The notes: generated from the letters alone by a model not told the origin. A stretch of DNA of 63,048 bases, filler included, from Octopus bimaculoides (GCF_001194135.2; 6 parts of 6 records of this genome joined end to end with filler, not necessarily neighbours in it); one strand, 5' to 3'; positions 40,270 to 52,540 are shown, numbered from the whole stretch's first letter. Made by a program: numbers and translations.

Positions 40270-40385
40270 AATTGGTAGGGCGTCGGTAAAATGCCTAGTC
40301 GTAATTCTAAGGCACTTTGCATTCTGAGATCAAATTCGACTGGAACCAACTTTACTTTTCATCATTTCGGTGTCGTTAAAATAAG
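40270..40385 (+). mobile_element. SINE family 2, diverged
   Basis: ATTCTGAGATCAAATTCGACTGGAACCAACTTTACTTTTCATCATTTCGGTGTCGTTAAAATAAGTA. Confidence 0.55.
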
Positions 40386-42895
40386 TAACCTTGCCCAAAC
40401 CAGTTCTTTTATGATGTCATTAGTTACGTCTATCAATAAATAATGATTTTTCTATATCTTGTAACTTTTCAAAGCAAATACATTCAAATTACATTCAATG
40501 ATATAACTACAGATTAGGGCAATCAACACACACAGTTTTTCTTTTTAGTGCTCTCTCTCAGTACTTCTCCAGTTTCCACTAATTTGCTATTATTGCAGTA
40601 CAGTATAATGGTACTAGTAGTTGCAAGTTCTGGTGTGCTCTATGTTAGAGAGAAAGACCCTGGATTTTAGACATGTCGGCTCTCAGCACTCGAAAATTTT
40701 ACTCTTATACTTGGAGCTGCAAACGGTTGTATTTAAGAAATTTTATTTCGTAGGGTCTCCTGTTTCCGTCCATGTAGCATAAACGGTTTGCTTTCCATTC
40801 TCCCTCTACAATAAAATGCTGCTCCAATAGAGTTCCTTCTTTCTTTTGAAGGTCATGATGATTTTTGCAATTAGTTTATTCTCACGCCCACGCCGACTAC
40901 ATGTTATTTTATCTCCTTTTCACACTCACTAGATACCGTATCTTGCTTAACTCATTCATTGCTATACCATTGTGGGAGCAGTTATATAGAGTACCCACTC
41001 CAGCTGGTCTCGTTTCGTCATCCGCGTTAAGCGCTAGGCTCACGTTTTATACACTCAATGATGTATTGTTCCAAGTGTTCTTTTCCAAAACCATTCAAGT
41101 CTTCACGTGTTTTCCAAGACTAAGCCAGTTTACGCACCGCTCCTTCCATTTTCTAGATGTAAAGAAGGCACTATCCTGATCTCAATATTCATGGAGCCGA
41201 TCTTTATCCAACGATGCCTGACTGGTCAAGTTAGAAAAGTAGTTAAATTTATTTTGTTATCATCACTGCCAACGTACAAATACCTGTCTTGTGAAATATT
41301 CATATTATTTTTGCAGATGTTCCTTTTAAAATTAGTAGGTTTTGAGAGACGGGAGTAGATTTTGCTATGAGCGTTTTGGAAACAATTTATTCTTCTCAGA
41401 GATATTTTTTTCAAAATTGTCTAAATGTTTAAAAAGAAAAATTCAAAATGTAATGTCAATTATCTCCCGTCTACAGACACAAACTCAAGAGAAAATCCTC
41501 ACCAGTAAAGGGCCTATACCTGGACTACACACACGCGCGCGCACGCACTTACATACACGCATGCACACATACACGCACGCGCACATACATACACACACAA
41601 ACACACATACACACAAACTCAGGTGGACACATAACCCACTCACAGAGGCAAACATAAACAAACCTCCAATTTGGAAATAATTAAATCCAATAATTTTTTC
41701 CAGAAGCAACTCACACAGAAAAGCACTTATAATAATAACAATGATGCATTTTTTTCTATTGGCTACAAGGGCCAAAGACATGGTAGAAAATATCCTCCTA
41801 CTTAGTAAAGCATACTCAGAGTAGATGTATTCAGTCTCATCAGTGTTGTCACTCACGCCCACCTTTACATAAACACGCTTCCCCCTCTACTCTCAACTTC
41901 CTCTAATGATTTCAAATTTTGGCAGAAGGCCATCAATTTCGAGGGATGGCATAAGTCGTTACTCCAGTGCTCAACAGGTGCCACTTTATCAACTCCAAAA
42001 AGATGAAAGTCTTTTAGTTTTTGTTTACTTATACATATCAGCAAATGAGCCAATTGAACAACTCTCTGTGGTTGTTTAACTTGCTAGAAATAACAGCCAA
42101 ATCTTCCTCGTACTATGCTCTTGTTATTATTAAGGAAAGGAAAAAAATAGAATTAATATTTTTGATTTTATTCGGCTCTATGAATTAAAATTTTTTTAAT
42201 GCTTTCATTCATTACTTGATACAAGAAAAAAGGAATTGGAAAAATCCTGACCAAAACAGAGAAATTGTCACATAACAAAACTATAGAAAGAAAAAGAAAA
42301 GGTTGCATTCGAAAACCAAGAGATGTTTTTTTAACTGAGGTGTAATTTTATAATTAAAACAAATTCAAAATTCAAATTTCGGAACATAAGACTTAACATG
42401 CTGTCTGGTGTATGGCCGAATTCAAATAAGTAGAAGACCTAAAATAAATGTGTGTGTGTGTATGAGTGACTGTGGTTGAGCCTTTAATAGACAGGGGTCA
42501 ATTTCAGTTCAGTCGTAGAAAGGAATTCAAGTACCTATCGGCCACTCCCTCTCACTCACTCACTCACTCACTCACTCACTCACTAACTCACTCACTCACT
42601 CACTCACTCACTCACTCACTCGCTCACTCTCTCTCTCTTTCTTTCTCACTTTCTCGCTCGATACACGTAAACTTTAACTATCTTAATTTTCCTATTAAGG
42701 TTGTTGCTTCTTCGGTGGCCCAGTAGGCATGGGTGTTGAGAAGTAGTGATACAACACATAGGTAGTGGTTTCTTCCAGAAATTACAAGCTATCTAGTTAA
42801 AAGTTTTATTTAAGCAACAGAATTTCATTCAACAGTTTCTTTCTCGTAAGCCTGACACACGTCAAAAAAAAAAAAAAAAAAAAAAAAATTGGCGT

Positions 42896-42948
<53 letters not shown>

Positions 42949-43276
42949 GGTAGCGAAAGTGCTAGAGCATAACAGACCACCCACGAATATTCAAGAAGGA
43001 AGGCGAAAAGTTAAATAGATGCAACCCTCTTAAGGCTATGTTGGTATCAGAAGGCATCAAGACGAATATAAAGGATATTAGAAGGAATCAAGAGGAATAT
43101 AAAGGATATTAGAATAGAGTTACAAAAGGCTTGCCTCTTTGTTACGGCCAGAATAATAAGAAAAGTATTAGATAGCTGAAAAGAACGAATAGCATGGTGG
43201 CGTAGGCTTCAGGTAGCAAGCCCGATGCGCATGCAAGACTCCAGGGGCTCCAACGAAACCTGTGATAAAGAGAAAG
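42949..43276 (+). mobile_element. R4/Dong-like LINE 3' end (family i)
   Basis: IRIELQKACLFVTARIIRKVLDS* followed by a 3' UTR and a TAA tail. Confidence 0.7.
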
Positions 43277-43317
43277 TAATAATAATAATAATAATAATAA
43301 TGATAATAGTAATAAAA

Positions 43318-43357
<40 letters not shown>

Positions 43358-43358
<1 letters not shown>

Positions 43359-44127
43359 CCCAGCAATGGCTGAGAAGCTCAGGACTCAAAGCAGAGACTG
43401 AAGGATTTTTAATTGCTGCACAAGACCAAAGCCTCCCCACCAGAAATTACCAAAAACACATAATGAAAAGAAATATAACAAGTAACTGTAGAATATGTGG
43501 AGATCGACAAGAAACAATAAATCATATTATCTCTGGCTGCCCAGTCCTGGCTAAGAAGGAATATATCCACAGACACGACAGAGCTGGGACCTATATACAC
43601 TGGAAGCTATGCCAACATTATGGAATAACAACAGAAAAAAGATGGTATAAACACACGCCAGAAAAGGTCACAGAAAACGAGAAAGCAACCATACTCTGGG
43701 ATATGCCAATACACACAGATAGAGAAATTAAGGCAAATNNNNNNNNNNNNNNNNNNNNNNNNNNNNNNNNNNNNNNNNNNNNNNNNNNNNNNNNNNNNNN
43801 NNNNNNNNNNNNNNNNNNNNNNNNNNNNNNNNNNNNNNNNNNNNNNNNNNNNNNNNNNNNNNNNNNNNNNNNNNNNNNNNNNNNNNNNNNNNNNNNNNNN
43901 NNTATAATAAAAAAATATTCAGACAAATACATAACAAAAATAGCAGGACTTACAAATATATATAACATACAGAAAATTGCACTACTGGGTACTGCACACA
44001 TCCTACGCAAAACACTTTCAATACAGTAAACATAAGAGCACCACAGCAAACCACAGCACATACCCAAGGTGCACAGAGCTGCGCTCGGTAGTGAAGTGAA
44101 AGCACGTTATAAAAATAAAACTACTGA
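43358..44127 (+). mobile_element. R4/Dong-like LINE 3' portion (family ii): zinc knuckle plus REL endonuclease, open apart from the gap
   Basis: SQQWLRSSGLKAETEGFLIAAQDQSLPTRNY...CRICGDRQETINHIISGCPVLAKKEYIHRHDRAG...ILWDMPIHTDREIKAN[gap]...IQKIALLGTAHILRKTL*. Stop at 44029, short UTR, TAA tail. Confidence 0.92.
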
Positions 44128-44184
44128 ATAATAATAATAATAATAATAATAGTCACAGTAATAATGATGATGTTGATGATGATA

Positions 44185-44215
<31 letters not shown>

Positions 44216-45290
44216 TGATGATGATGATGATGATGACGACAAGAACAACAGCAACAACAACAACAACAATTATAATTATTATTATAAAACAGAAGGGAGC
44301 TGCTAGAAATGACTAGAAAAGTAGATTCTGTTATCAGTGGGATAAATACTAGAATATTGGAAGCACTAACATAGTGATCTATGCAGGAGGAGTAGTAGTC
44401 ACTACTAGATTAGATATGTCACAGGGAACAATTTGATAAAAGGAAATGTGGAAAGAGAGACTACAAAATAAAGTAAAGACTTTAAGACAAGATCTGAGTA
44501 GAATAGAAGCCTGGAAAACAAACAAACAAGTTACGAAACACAAGATGCAAATCTTCCCTTGAGGAAAGACACTTAGTCAATGAGAAAGGATTTGGGACAG
44601 TAATAGAAGAGTTGAAACAGCATATCATAGCAGTAGCAGGGAAACTCTCCAGATATCAGAACAGAATAGATCAGTATCAACAGAATAGATTATATGAGGA
44701 AATGTTATAAGCAAATAAAATAGTAGACAACAAAGTACTGAAGATGAGAAATCTAATGCAGAAGAAGCTAGAAAGTTCTGGATAAACCAGTCATTCGTAA
44801 TGGAGATGCGTTATGGTTAAAAAAAGTGAAGGAAGAAGTTGTGAGTGAGAAGCAGCCAGATCCAAAACCAACTAGTGCATTGATGAGTAAAGTGTTAGGA
44901 AACATGCCGAAATGGAAGGGCCCACGAACATATTTAGTTCAAGGGTACTGGCTAAAGAAATTTAATAGTTTGCATGGGAGGCTGAAGGAACAGCATCAGG
45001 ATTGCCTTAATGGAGAAATAATAAGAGATTAGATGAGAAGAGGGGTAGCAATATACGTCATGTGAGATAAGAGCAAGTGTAATACAGCTACCAACTATAG
45101 ACCAATCATTAATCTGAGAACTCTCAACAGGGGTGCTGCAGAAAAGCATTTATGAGCACCTTGACAACCAGAAATTTACTGTCATAAGAACAAAAAGCTA
45201 GAGGAATGCATGATCTAGTATACATAGACAAAGTACATTATTTACATTATTTACATTTGACGGATATTCGTCCTCATCTTGTTTGTTGTT

Positions 45291-45336
45291 AACACAACGT
45301 TTCGGCTGATATACCCTCCAGCCTTCGTCAGGTGTC
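45291..45336 (-). ncRNA. Minimal type I hammerhead ribozyme, family A (left arm)
   Basis: Exact reverse complement of 45552-45597. Confidence 0.85.
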
Positions 45337-45434
45337 TTGGGGAAATTTCGAACCTGGGTTCTCATTCCTATCGATGTTACTATTATTATTATTATTATTA
45401 TATTATTATTATTACTATTATTAATATTATTAAT

Positions 45435-45503
45435 CAGGTCGCTGCCGTGAATCGAACTCGGAACCTTGGGGTTAGTAGCCCGCGCTCTTAACCACTACAC
45501 CAT
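45435..45503 (-). promoter_or_regulatory. tRNA-derived internal Pol III promoter (SINE head)
   Basis: Minus strand ATGGTGTAGTGGTTAAGAGCGCGGGCTACTAACCCCAAGGTTCCGAGTTCGATTCACGGCAGCGACCTG. A box TGGTGTAGTGG, B box GAGTTCGATTC, anticodon-like arm GGG-CTACTAA-CCC. Confidence 0.8.
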
Positions 45504-45551
45504 AATAGTAACATCGATAGGAATGAGAACCCAGGTTCGAAATTTCCCCAA

Positions 45552-45597
45552 GACACCTGACGAAGGCTGGAGGGTATATCAGCCGAAACGTTGTGTT
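45552..45597 (+). ncRNA. Minimal type I hammerhead ribozyme, family A (right arm)
   Basis: Stem I GACAC/GTGTT, core CTGACGA plus an extra A, stem II GGCTGG/TCAGCC, GAAA, palindromic AACGTT stem III with no loop. Predicted cleavage after GUU at 45592. Confidence 0.85.
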
Positions 45598-46857
45598 AAC
45601 AACAAACAAGATGAGGACGAATATCCGTCAAATGTAACTAATGTAAATAATGTAAATAATTCCTCATCTCTTAAATATAGAACTGTAATAGACAAAGTAG
45701 TTCTAAATGGAGTAAAAGCTAGAAAGAAAAATCTAACAATAGCGTGGATAGATTATAGGAAAGCCTATGACATGATCTCACACTCATGGATAAGTGAATG
45801 CTAGAGTATATTCAGACAACATAAGAGAATTAATTAACTGTAGCATGAAAAAATGGAAAGTAGATCTCTACTTCGGTGACACAGTCTTACGGAAAGTCAA
45901 TATCAAAAGAGAATATTTCCAGGGGCACTCGTTGTCCCCTCTAATATTTATCTTATGTTTGATCTCCCTCAGTTTAGTATTAAGGAAGGTAAAGGATATC
46001 AGGTCAGAAAAATTAACCATTTGCTCAACATGGATGATCTGAAACTTTTAGTAAAAATGAAAAAAAGATAAATTACTTAATACAGACTGTAAGACTCTTC
46101 AGCAAAGTTATAGACAAAGAATTTGGCATAGATAAGTGTGCACTATTAGTCATGAGAAGGGGATAGGTAGTCAACAGTGAAGGTATCCAATTACCAGATG
46201 GCCAGACATTAAAATCATTGAAAGAAGGAGAGAATTATAAGTATCTAGGAGTGTTAGAATCTGACAGAGTACTAACTACAGAAATGAAAACAGAAATTGA
46301 GAAGGAGTACATCAGAACGATGAGGAAGTTAATGAAGTCAAAGCTAAATGGTCCGAATATAGTGAGGGCTGTAAATACTTGGGCAAGATACCCAGCAGCT
46401 TTTGTACATTGGACAAAAACTGAATTAGCAAAGCTAGACAGAAGAACTAGGAAGGAATTCAATATGAATGGAGGACTCCGCTCAATGGCAGGAGCAGCAA
46501 GATTAGAGTTACATAGAAAAGAAGGCGGAAGAGGGTTAAATTACAGACTATGGAAAAGGCAGGTAAAATCCTCAAAGTTATAGGTGCATTGGGAACTATC
46601 CTGAAAGATCGGAATAGCAGGATAAAAGAAATAGGCATAAACTCAGTTTAGTACAGCTCCAGAAAACAGTGTTATTAGGGACAGCTAGGATACTTAGAAG
46701 GTTCTTGGCATCTAAGGTTACTTGTTGTAGCCCGATGTTAGTATATTTTTCTTTTCAAACTATCTAATCTGTTGTGTGTATATGATATTAATAATAACAA
46801 TAACAACAACAACGACGACAACGGCAAGAACAAGAACAACAACAATATTAATAATCC

Positions 46858-47060
46858 TTTCTACTATAGGCACAAGGCCTGACATTTTTGGGGAAGGAAA
46901 TAGTCGATTACATAAATCCAGTGCGTAACTGGTACTTATTTTATCGGCCCCGAATGGATGACAGGCAAAGTCGACCTCGGTGAATTTTGAACTCGGAACG
47001 TAGCGACAGACGAAATACCGCTAAGAATTTCGCCCGGCTAACGATTCTGCTAGCTTGCCA
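46858..47060 (-). mobile_element. SINE family 2
   Basis: Matches 478-677. Confidence 0.8.
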
Positions 47061-47151
47061 CATTATTAATAATAATAATAATTAATTCGTTTTATTGGCC
47101 ACAAGGGCTAATTATTATTAATATACAAATGCAAATTAATAATAATAATAA

Positions 47152-47305
47152 TCTATATATATAAAACTGAGAATGTGTGCATCACTAAAACTCGAGAACT
47201 ACCCAACCGATTTCATTCAAATTTTACACATGCCTTACTTAGGGCCCATGCTGTGTCATGAGCAGAACAATTTTCAACTTCTTGCTTAATGCGAGCCCGG
47301 AGCAA
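47152..47305 (+). mobile_element. Non-autonomous Helitron-like element, 5' part
   Basis: A|TCTATATATATAAAACTGAGAATGTGTG start and CCAACCGATTTCATTCAAATTTTACAC, typical of animal non-autonomous Helitrons. No 3' CTAG found. Confidence 0.55.
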
Positions 47306-47612
47306 TTGTATATGTATATACATGTATGTATATACATGTATGTATATACATGTGTTATCAGAATAGTAATAGTTGTAGTATTAGCAGCTGCAACATATTA
47401 TTATTAATATTATCATTATCACCATCCCCACCACTACTATTATTATTATCATTTCCATTTATTATTAAAAAGGCTTTATTAAATGTTCTTTATCTTCAGC
47501 TTTTGTCCTGTACTTGAGATAATCATAAATATGTGGTCGTACAAGGAAATAGTTGGGGGAAGAGTAACAACTTGATAAATAGATCAAATTCTACAGGTCT
47601 ATAAATATGTAG

Positions 47613-47758
47613 GCAGATAGTGAGGAGGTCAGCAATAGAAGACAAAAGAATTTTCGCATCCTTTGGTTCAGCAGAGGCCAAATGTGTTTACTACAACCGG
47701 CGACCAATGAGAGAGCTGACCTTGGCCTTGAAAAGAAGCAATTCACCCTGTTCTATTT
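47613..47758 (+). CDS. Candidate exon (two open frames), product unknown
   Basis: Strong donor TTT|gtaagt. Frames QIVRRSAIEDKRIFASFGSAEAKCVYYNRRPMRELTLALKRSNSPCSI and ADSEEVSNRRQKNF... are both open. Weak acceptor. Confidence 0.2.
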
Positions 47759-48253
47759 GTAAGTACTGGTAGAAAAACAATTATATATATATATATATAT
47801 ATATATACTGATATTCACGACGTTGAATTTTTGAACTTCTGAATTCAGTTATGTTGTTAATATAAAAGGTATGTTTACATATCTGGGTAGCGAGGGAGAA
47901 AAGAAAGATAAAAGTTTCACACAAAATTTAATATATTAGAGTTTTAAGAAATACTAAATATGGTCTTTTATATGTCCGCACATAGAAAATTGTAGTGTTC
48001 TTAGAATAAAAATGATACTTACATTTGCGAATACTCAGGGAACTTCTGTGAATACCTATATTCACAGAAGTTGTGAATTTTAAAGATTCTTTTTAAAGCT
48101 GATCCTTTGTGTATTCGAAAGCTGTAGATATGTAAGTTTCCTAACTTATTTTGAGGGAGATTTAAAATACTCACAGGAAAATGTAGATATTCCAGTCTTT
48201 GGGAGTTATTTTACCTTTGTCTCCTCCTGGGTTATATTAGTGTTTCTGTGTCT

Positions 48254-48328
<75 letters not shown>

Positions 48329-48329
<1 letters not shown>

Positions 48330-48560
48330 GTGAGAGAGCGGTTCATGCCATCAAAATGACACTGGGGTAAAATATACGAAGCCCATTATACCCATCATGA
48401 CTACCCGTCTGATAAGGGTACACCAGGCACATGCATCACAACCATATGTGCGTGACATGGTGATCTCATATCAAGATAAACAGCGCATGACCTCGTAGGT
48501 GGGGCCCAGTTAGAATTTTCTTCAGTTCGAATAGCCCATCCCGTTCAAAAGACACCTGTA
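48329..48560 (-). mobile_element. 3' end of a TAA-tailed retroelement abutting the (TAT)n array at 48258-48328
   Basis: Minus strand ends GATGGCATGAACCGCTCTCTCACT followed by (TAA)n. Probably a LINE 3' UTR; family not determined. Confidence 0.45.
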
Positions 48561-48969
48561 CAAGTGTCGTTTTAGGAATTTGAACGAAATACCCATGTTT
48601 CCAAAAAAAATTCTCTCAACACATGGCTTCAATGCTCCCCTACTACTTTTGCGCATGATCGAGAGGCACATATTGTCAGCCACCAAAGGACATGCTCAAC
48701 TGGTCAAGGTCAAACAACCGGCAAGCAAATTTGGTTTTGAGCAGAATATTTGCTGTAGCCCATCTTTTATACTAAGACAAAACAATATACATGATAACAC
48801 TTCCAGTCAGTTAAGATGAGAAGTCATGAAAGCGATTGAATAAATATGAATATTGACCTTTGAAATTTGTTTCTCTCTTTCTTAATTTTATATTCCTGAA
48901 GCTCTATTAGAGAGCTGATTATTTGTGCTGTATAAAGTGGATAACTATACTGTTTAATTATTCTTTATG

Positions 48970-49008
<39 letters not shown>

Positions 49009-49108
49009 NNNNNNNNNNNNNNNNNNNNNNNNNNNNNNNNNNNNNNNNNNNNTTAATTAATTAANNNNNNNNNNNNNNNNNNNNNNNNNNNNNNNNNNNN
49101 NNNNNNNN

Positions 49109-49180
<72 letters not shown>

Positions 49181-50768
49181 AAGATGGAGGGGAAACATAG
49201 AGAAAGACAGTGTTAATTTATTCAAAGAATGGAACGTTGCCAAATCAACAACCGTGTAAATATTGAAATAAAAATAAAAGTAAAAAAATATATTCGTCTC
49301 AGTTCTGGATTTGCCATCGTATCATTCTTTCTTTGATGAATCCTATATTTCACCTCAAATAAAAATTAATGTTTTCATTTATAAGAAAAGATGATCGTGG
49401 CCAATTGTCTTTTGAGTAATTCGTATGCGTTGGGGGATATTATTTCTGGTACTAACTTTCTCCCTTTAACAACGATAGTTCAAATGAGGCTCGAGATCAG
49501 CTTTAATTTCTTTCACTCATAAAATATTTCATTATGAAATTTCTTCGGCAAGTTTCGGACATCTTGTAAAGATCATGGGCACTGTCGTCCATCTTGTAAA
49601 GAATATGAACACAGCCGTCCATCTGGCGACTAAGTAGTAAAAGTGTTTTATAGCCGAGGGTCAACTTTAAGTTAGTTCGACAAACCCGTTTAATCTTTAC
49701 AGTGAGGCCGCTATTCGGTGAGATGTTCCAAAGCTCGTTTTTCTCTTTTCAGTTTGGAACAGTTGGTTATTTCAGAGTCAACTGTGGTACTCACAGAAAC
49801 ACTACTGTACCGCACAAACGACCAAATGCAACGTTAGTTATTGTTACAAATTACATTCATTCCTGCCGTGGCTACACCGCCTTTCGGTGATTATGTGTTG
49901 TTTCCGTCTTCAAGCCAATAGTATGTATTTTGGAAGAGATTTCTCTATATTTTTTTCTAGTTGATTGAAAGACTCGTTCAAGGTCAAATTTATTTGTTCA
50001 GTCTTTCGGACATTCACTCAAAGTCATCGTTAATAGACGACTCCTTAGTTTAATCTTCGGATATATTTCTCAACACCTCTAACTTCCCTAAGCAAAAACA
50101 AAAATTAATAGAAAAAGAGAAAGAAAAAACTCCAGGTATTTGGGAAAAGGTAAGCATGAAAAGATTTCTAGATTAAATTCCTCAACCCAGCCGCAATACA
50201 ACCATTCAATTTCAGATGAAATTTGGAATTTGAGTGTTTCTATCAAAATAACTTTTTTATAATTACTTCATATTAGTAGGATGTATTAATGATATTCTCA
50301 TTTTTGTTCGGCTTCCATAAATAATAGAGAAGTATGAACACATAAACGAAACTCCTTGATTAAAAACACTTCAGATTTAATCCCTACCCGCATTCGCTCC
50401 AGTCATGGCTCTCACCAAAAAACTGTAACTCTACTGAAAATACAAGGCTTAACGAGAGAGAAAAAGATTACAGTGACGGCCAAAATGTTTCTCAGCTCGT
50501 TTTTTTGTTATTTTTACTTATTTTTGTTTTGTTTTTTTAAGAAAAGAATAAAATAAAATGAAAAAAAAAAAACCAAAAATCAACTCGATTCACGAATGTT
50601 GGCAACGGCGTAACTTCCATCACATCGCAGTCTACAGAAGTTAAATGTTTCTCTTGTAATTCCAAAACTGGTTTCCTCATTTATGAAGATCTGTCAATCT
50701 CATTTACAAATTGAAGGAAAAACAGAAAAAACAAACACATACATACGTACATACATACATACATTCAT

Positions 50769-50847
<79 letters not shown>

Positions 50848-51896
50848 GCACACGAAACGAGAAACTAAAACTGCAGCTAGATATTTGTTAAGCCGAGTAA
50901 ATGAAAATCGCAGCTGTTTGTCTAATTGATTCGAATCGGCAGCAAAGTTAATAAATCTGTAATCTATTGTACTACGTAACCACAGTCTTAATAAAAAAAC
51001 ATAAATTAAAATTGCCTTTAAGACCGTCGGCTAATTATTTTAATTGGATCAGTTATGCCTGCTTTAATTATTCTTATTATTTTTAATGTACTTGATTAGA
51101 AGTTCCTACTTGATTACGGAACTGTAGATACAAGAGAAATATCACGAAATAAATAGCCTACCTGTTTCTGCGATTATATTCTGCCAGCCTCCACACACAG
51201 AAATAAATATTACGAAAAGAAATAGCAAAGAAATTAAAGAGGAAACCAGGCAGAGATTTATTATCAAAATTTCATCATTATGTTTTTATTACATTTTATT
51301 ACGGACGTATTACACACATTTAATGCAATTCTGTTGTTGTATCGGATCTGATTGCAGTTGTTGGAAGAAAATGTTGGACAAAAATGGCCTTCGAAAATAA
51401 ACTATTTACTTCTCACATGTGGGTGGGGGATGTCTGGGTATGTATCATTAGATATATATTCTCTCCTTCTCTAACCCCCCCCCCATCTCTCTCTCTCCCT
51501 TTCTCCCTCTCTCTTTTTCTCCCTGTCTCTCTGTTTACACATCTATGTATCTATCACTTTATCTATCTACCTCCCTACCGACCTATCTATCTATCTATCT
51601 ATCTATCTCAATATATATAGCGCACGCATACACACACGCACACATACACACACGCACACATACACATGTATTTGATAAATGATCTACAGAAGTTATGGAA
51701 TGATTCAAGAGCTTAGAGTTTCGTTAGCACTTATCAAGTCTGTTCAGAGTCAGTACACGAAACTGCGGGTCCATGAGTCACTGTGTAATTTCATCGAATG
51801 ATTGATAATAAAATATACATACATATACTCAAAATTCGAGATCTATTTTCTTGTGTGCATCACCATATATTTACACGCAACATCAATAGTTTTATT

Positions 51897-52010
51897 AAGG
51901 GGGCGAACTGGTACAAAATGCTTACCGGCATTTCGTCCGTCTTTACGTTCTGAGTTCAAATTCCACTGACGTCGACTTTGCCGTTCATCCTTTCGGGATC
52001 GATTAAATAA
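51897..52010 (+). mobile_element. SINE family 2
   Basis: GTTCTGAGTTCAAATTCCACTGACGTCGACTTTGCCGTTCATCCTTTCGGGATCGAT. Confidence 0.75.
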
Positions 52011-52094
52011 TTTCAGGTGTTTCGTGATTCACATGCTATAAACGGTCGTGACTCTTGGTGCTACCAGTAAAGCGTTCCATCGGAGAATGGATAC

Positions 52095-52260
52095 ATAGGC
52101 TCGGGATTGGCTGTGTGGTAAGTAGCTTGCTTCCCAACCACATAGTTCTGAGTTCAGTCCCACTGTGTGGCACTGTGGACAAGTGTCTTCTACTATGGCT
52201 TCCGGCCGACCAAAGCCTTGTGAGTGGATTTGGTAGACGGAAACTGAAAGAAGCCCATCG

Positions 52261-52316
<56 letters not shown>

Positions 52317-52540
52317 TGTATTTATATATATATGTGTATGTATATGTTTGAGTGTCTGTGTTTGTTCCTCCAACATCGCTTGACAACCGATGCTGGTGTG
52401 TTTATGTCCCCCGAGAGAATAAGTAATAGCCTTACAAAGAATAAGTCTTGGGGTCGATTTGTTCGACTAAAGGTGGTACTCCAGCATGGCCGCAGTCAAA
52501 TAACTGAAACGAATAAAAGAATAAAACAGAATAAAAGAAT
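52095..52540 (+). mobile_element. SINE family 1, near full length, with an expanded internal (TA)n
   Basis: TGGCTGTGTGGTAAGTAGC (A box), GAGTTCAGTCC (B box), CORE-like motif, tail AACTGAAACGAATAAAAG. Confidence 0.85.

Larger units (their letters stand above)
42898..44290. repeat. (TAA)n array split into three blocks (42898-42948, 43277-43357, 44127-44151), decaying into GAT/GGT/AAC repeats
   Basis: Direct inspection. Confidence 0.9.
45236..45687 (-). mobile_element. Young tRNA-headed, hammerhead-bearing retroposon with an inverted partial duplicate (candidate PLE-dependent SINE)
   Basis: 12-bp TSD ATAGACAAAGTA (45224-45235 and 45688-45699). Inverted arms of ~151 bp (45236-45386 and 45502-45652), one mismatch seen. 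tRNA-like head at 45435-45503 on the minus strand. Confidence 0.85.
44290..46620 (+). mobile_element. Decayed R4/Dong-like LINE RT region, interrupted by the 452-bp insertion
   Basis: KARKKNLTIAWIDYRKAYDMISHSWI; FQGHSLSPLIF; HLLNMDDLKL; EFGIDKCA; GENYKYLGVLE; LDRRTRK. Many frameshifts. Confidence 0.9.

Noticed and set aside
40500-41300. Coding-like composition on the minus strand
   Set aside because: All frames are interrupted and no diagnostic transposase or RT motif was recognised.
45435-45503. tRNA gene (anticodon ACT-like)
   Set aside because: 5'-truncated, no pairing acceptor stem, and embedded in a TSD-flanked insertion. It is a SINE head.
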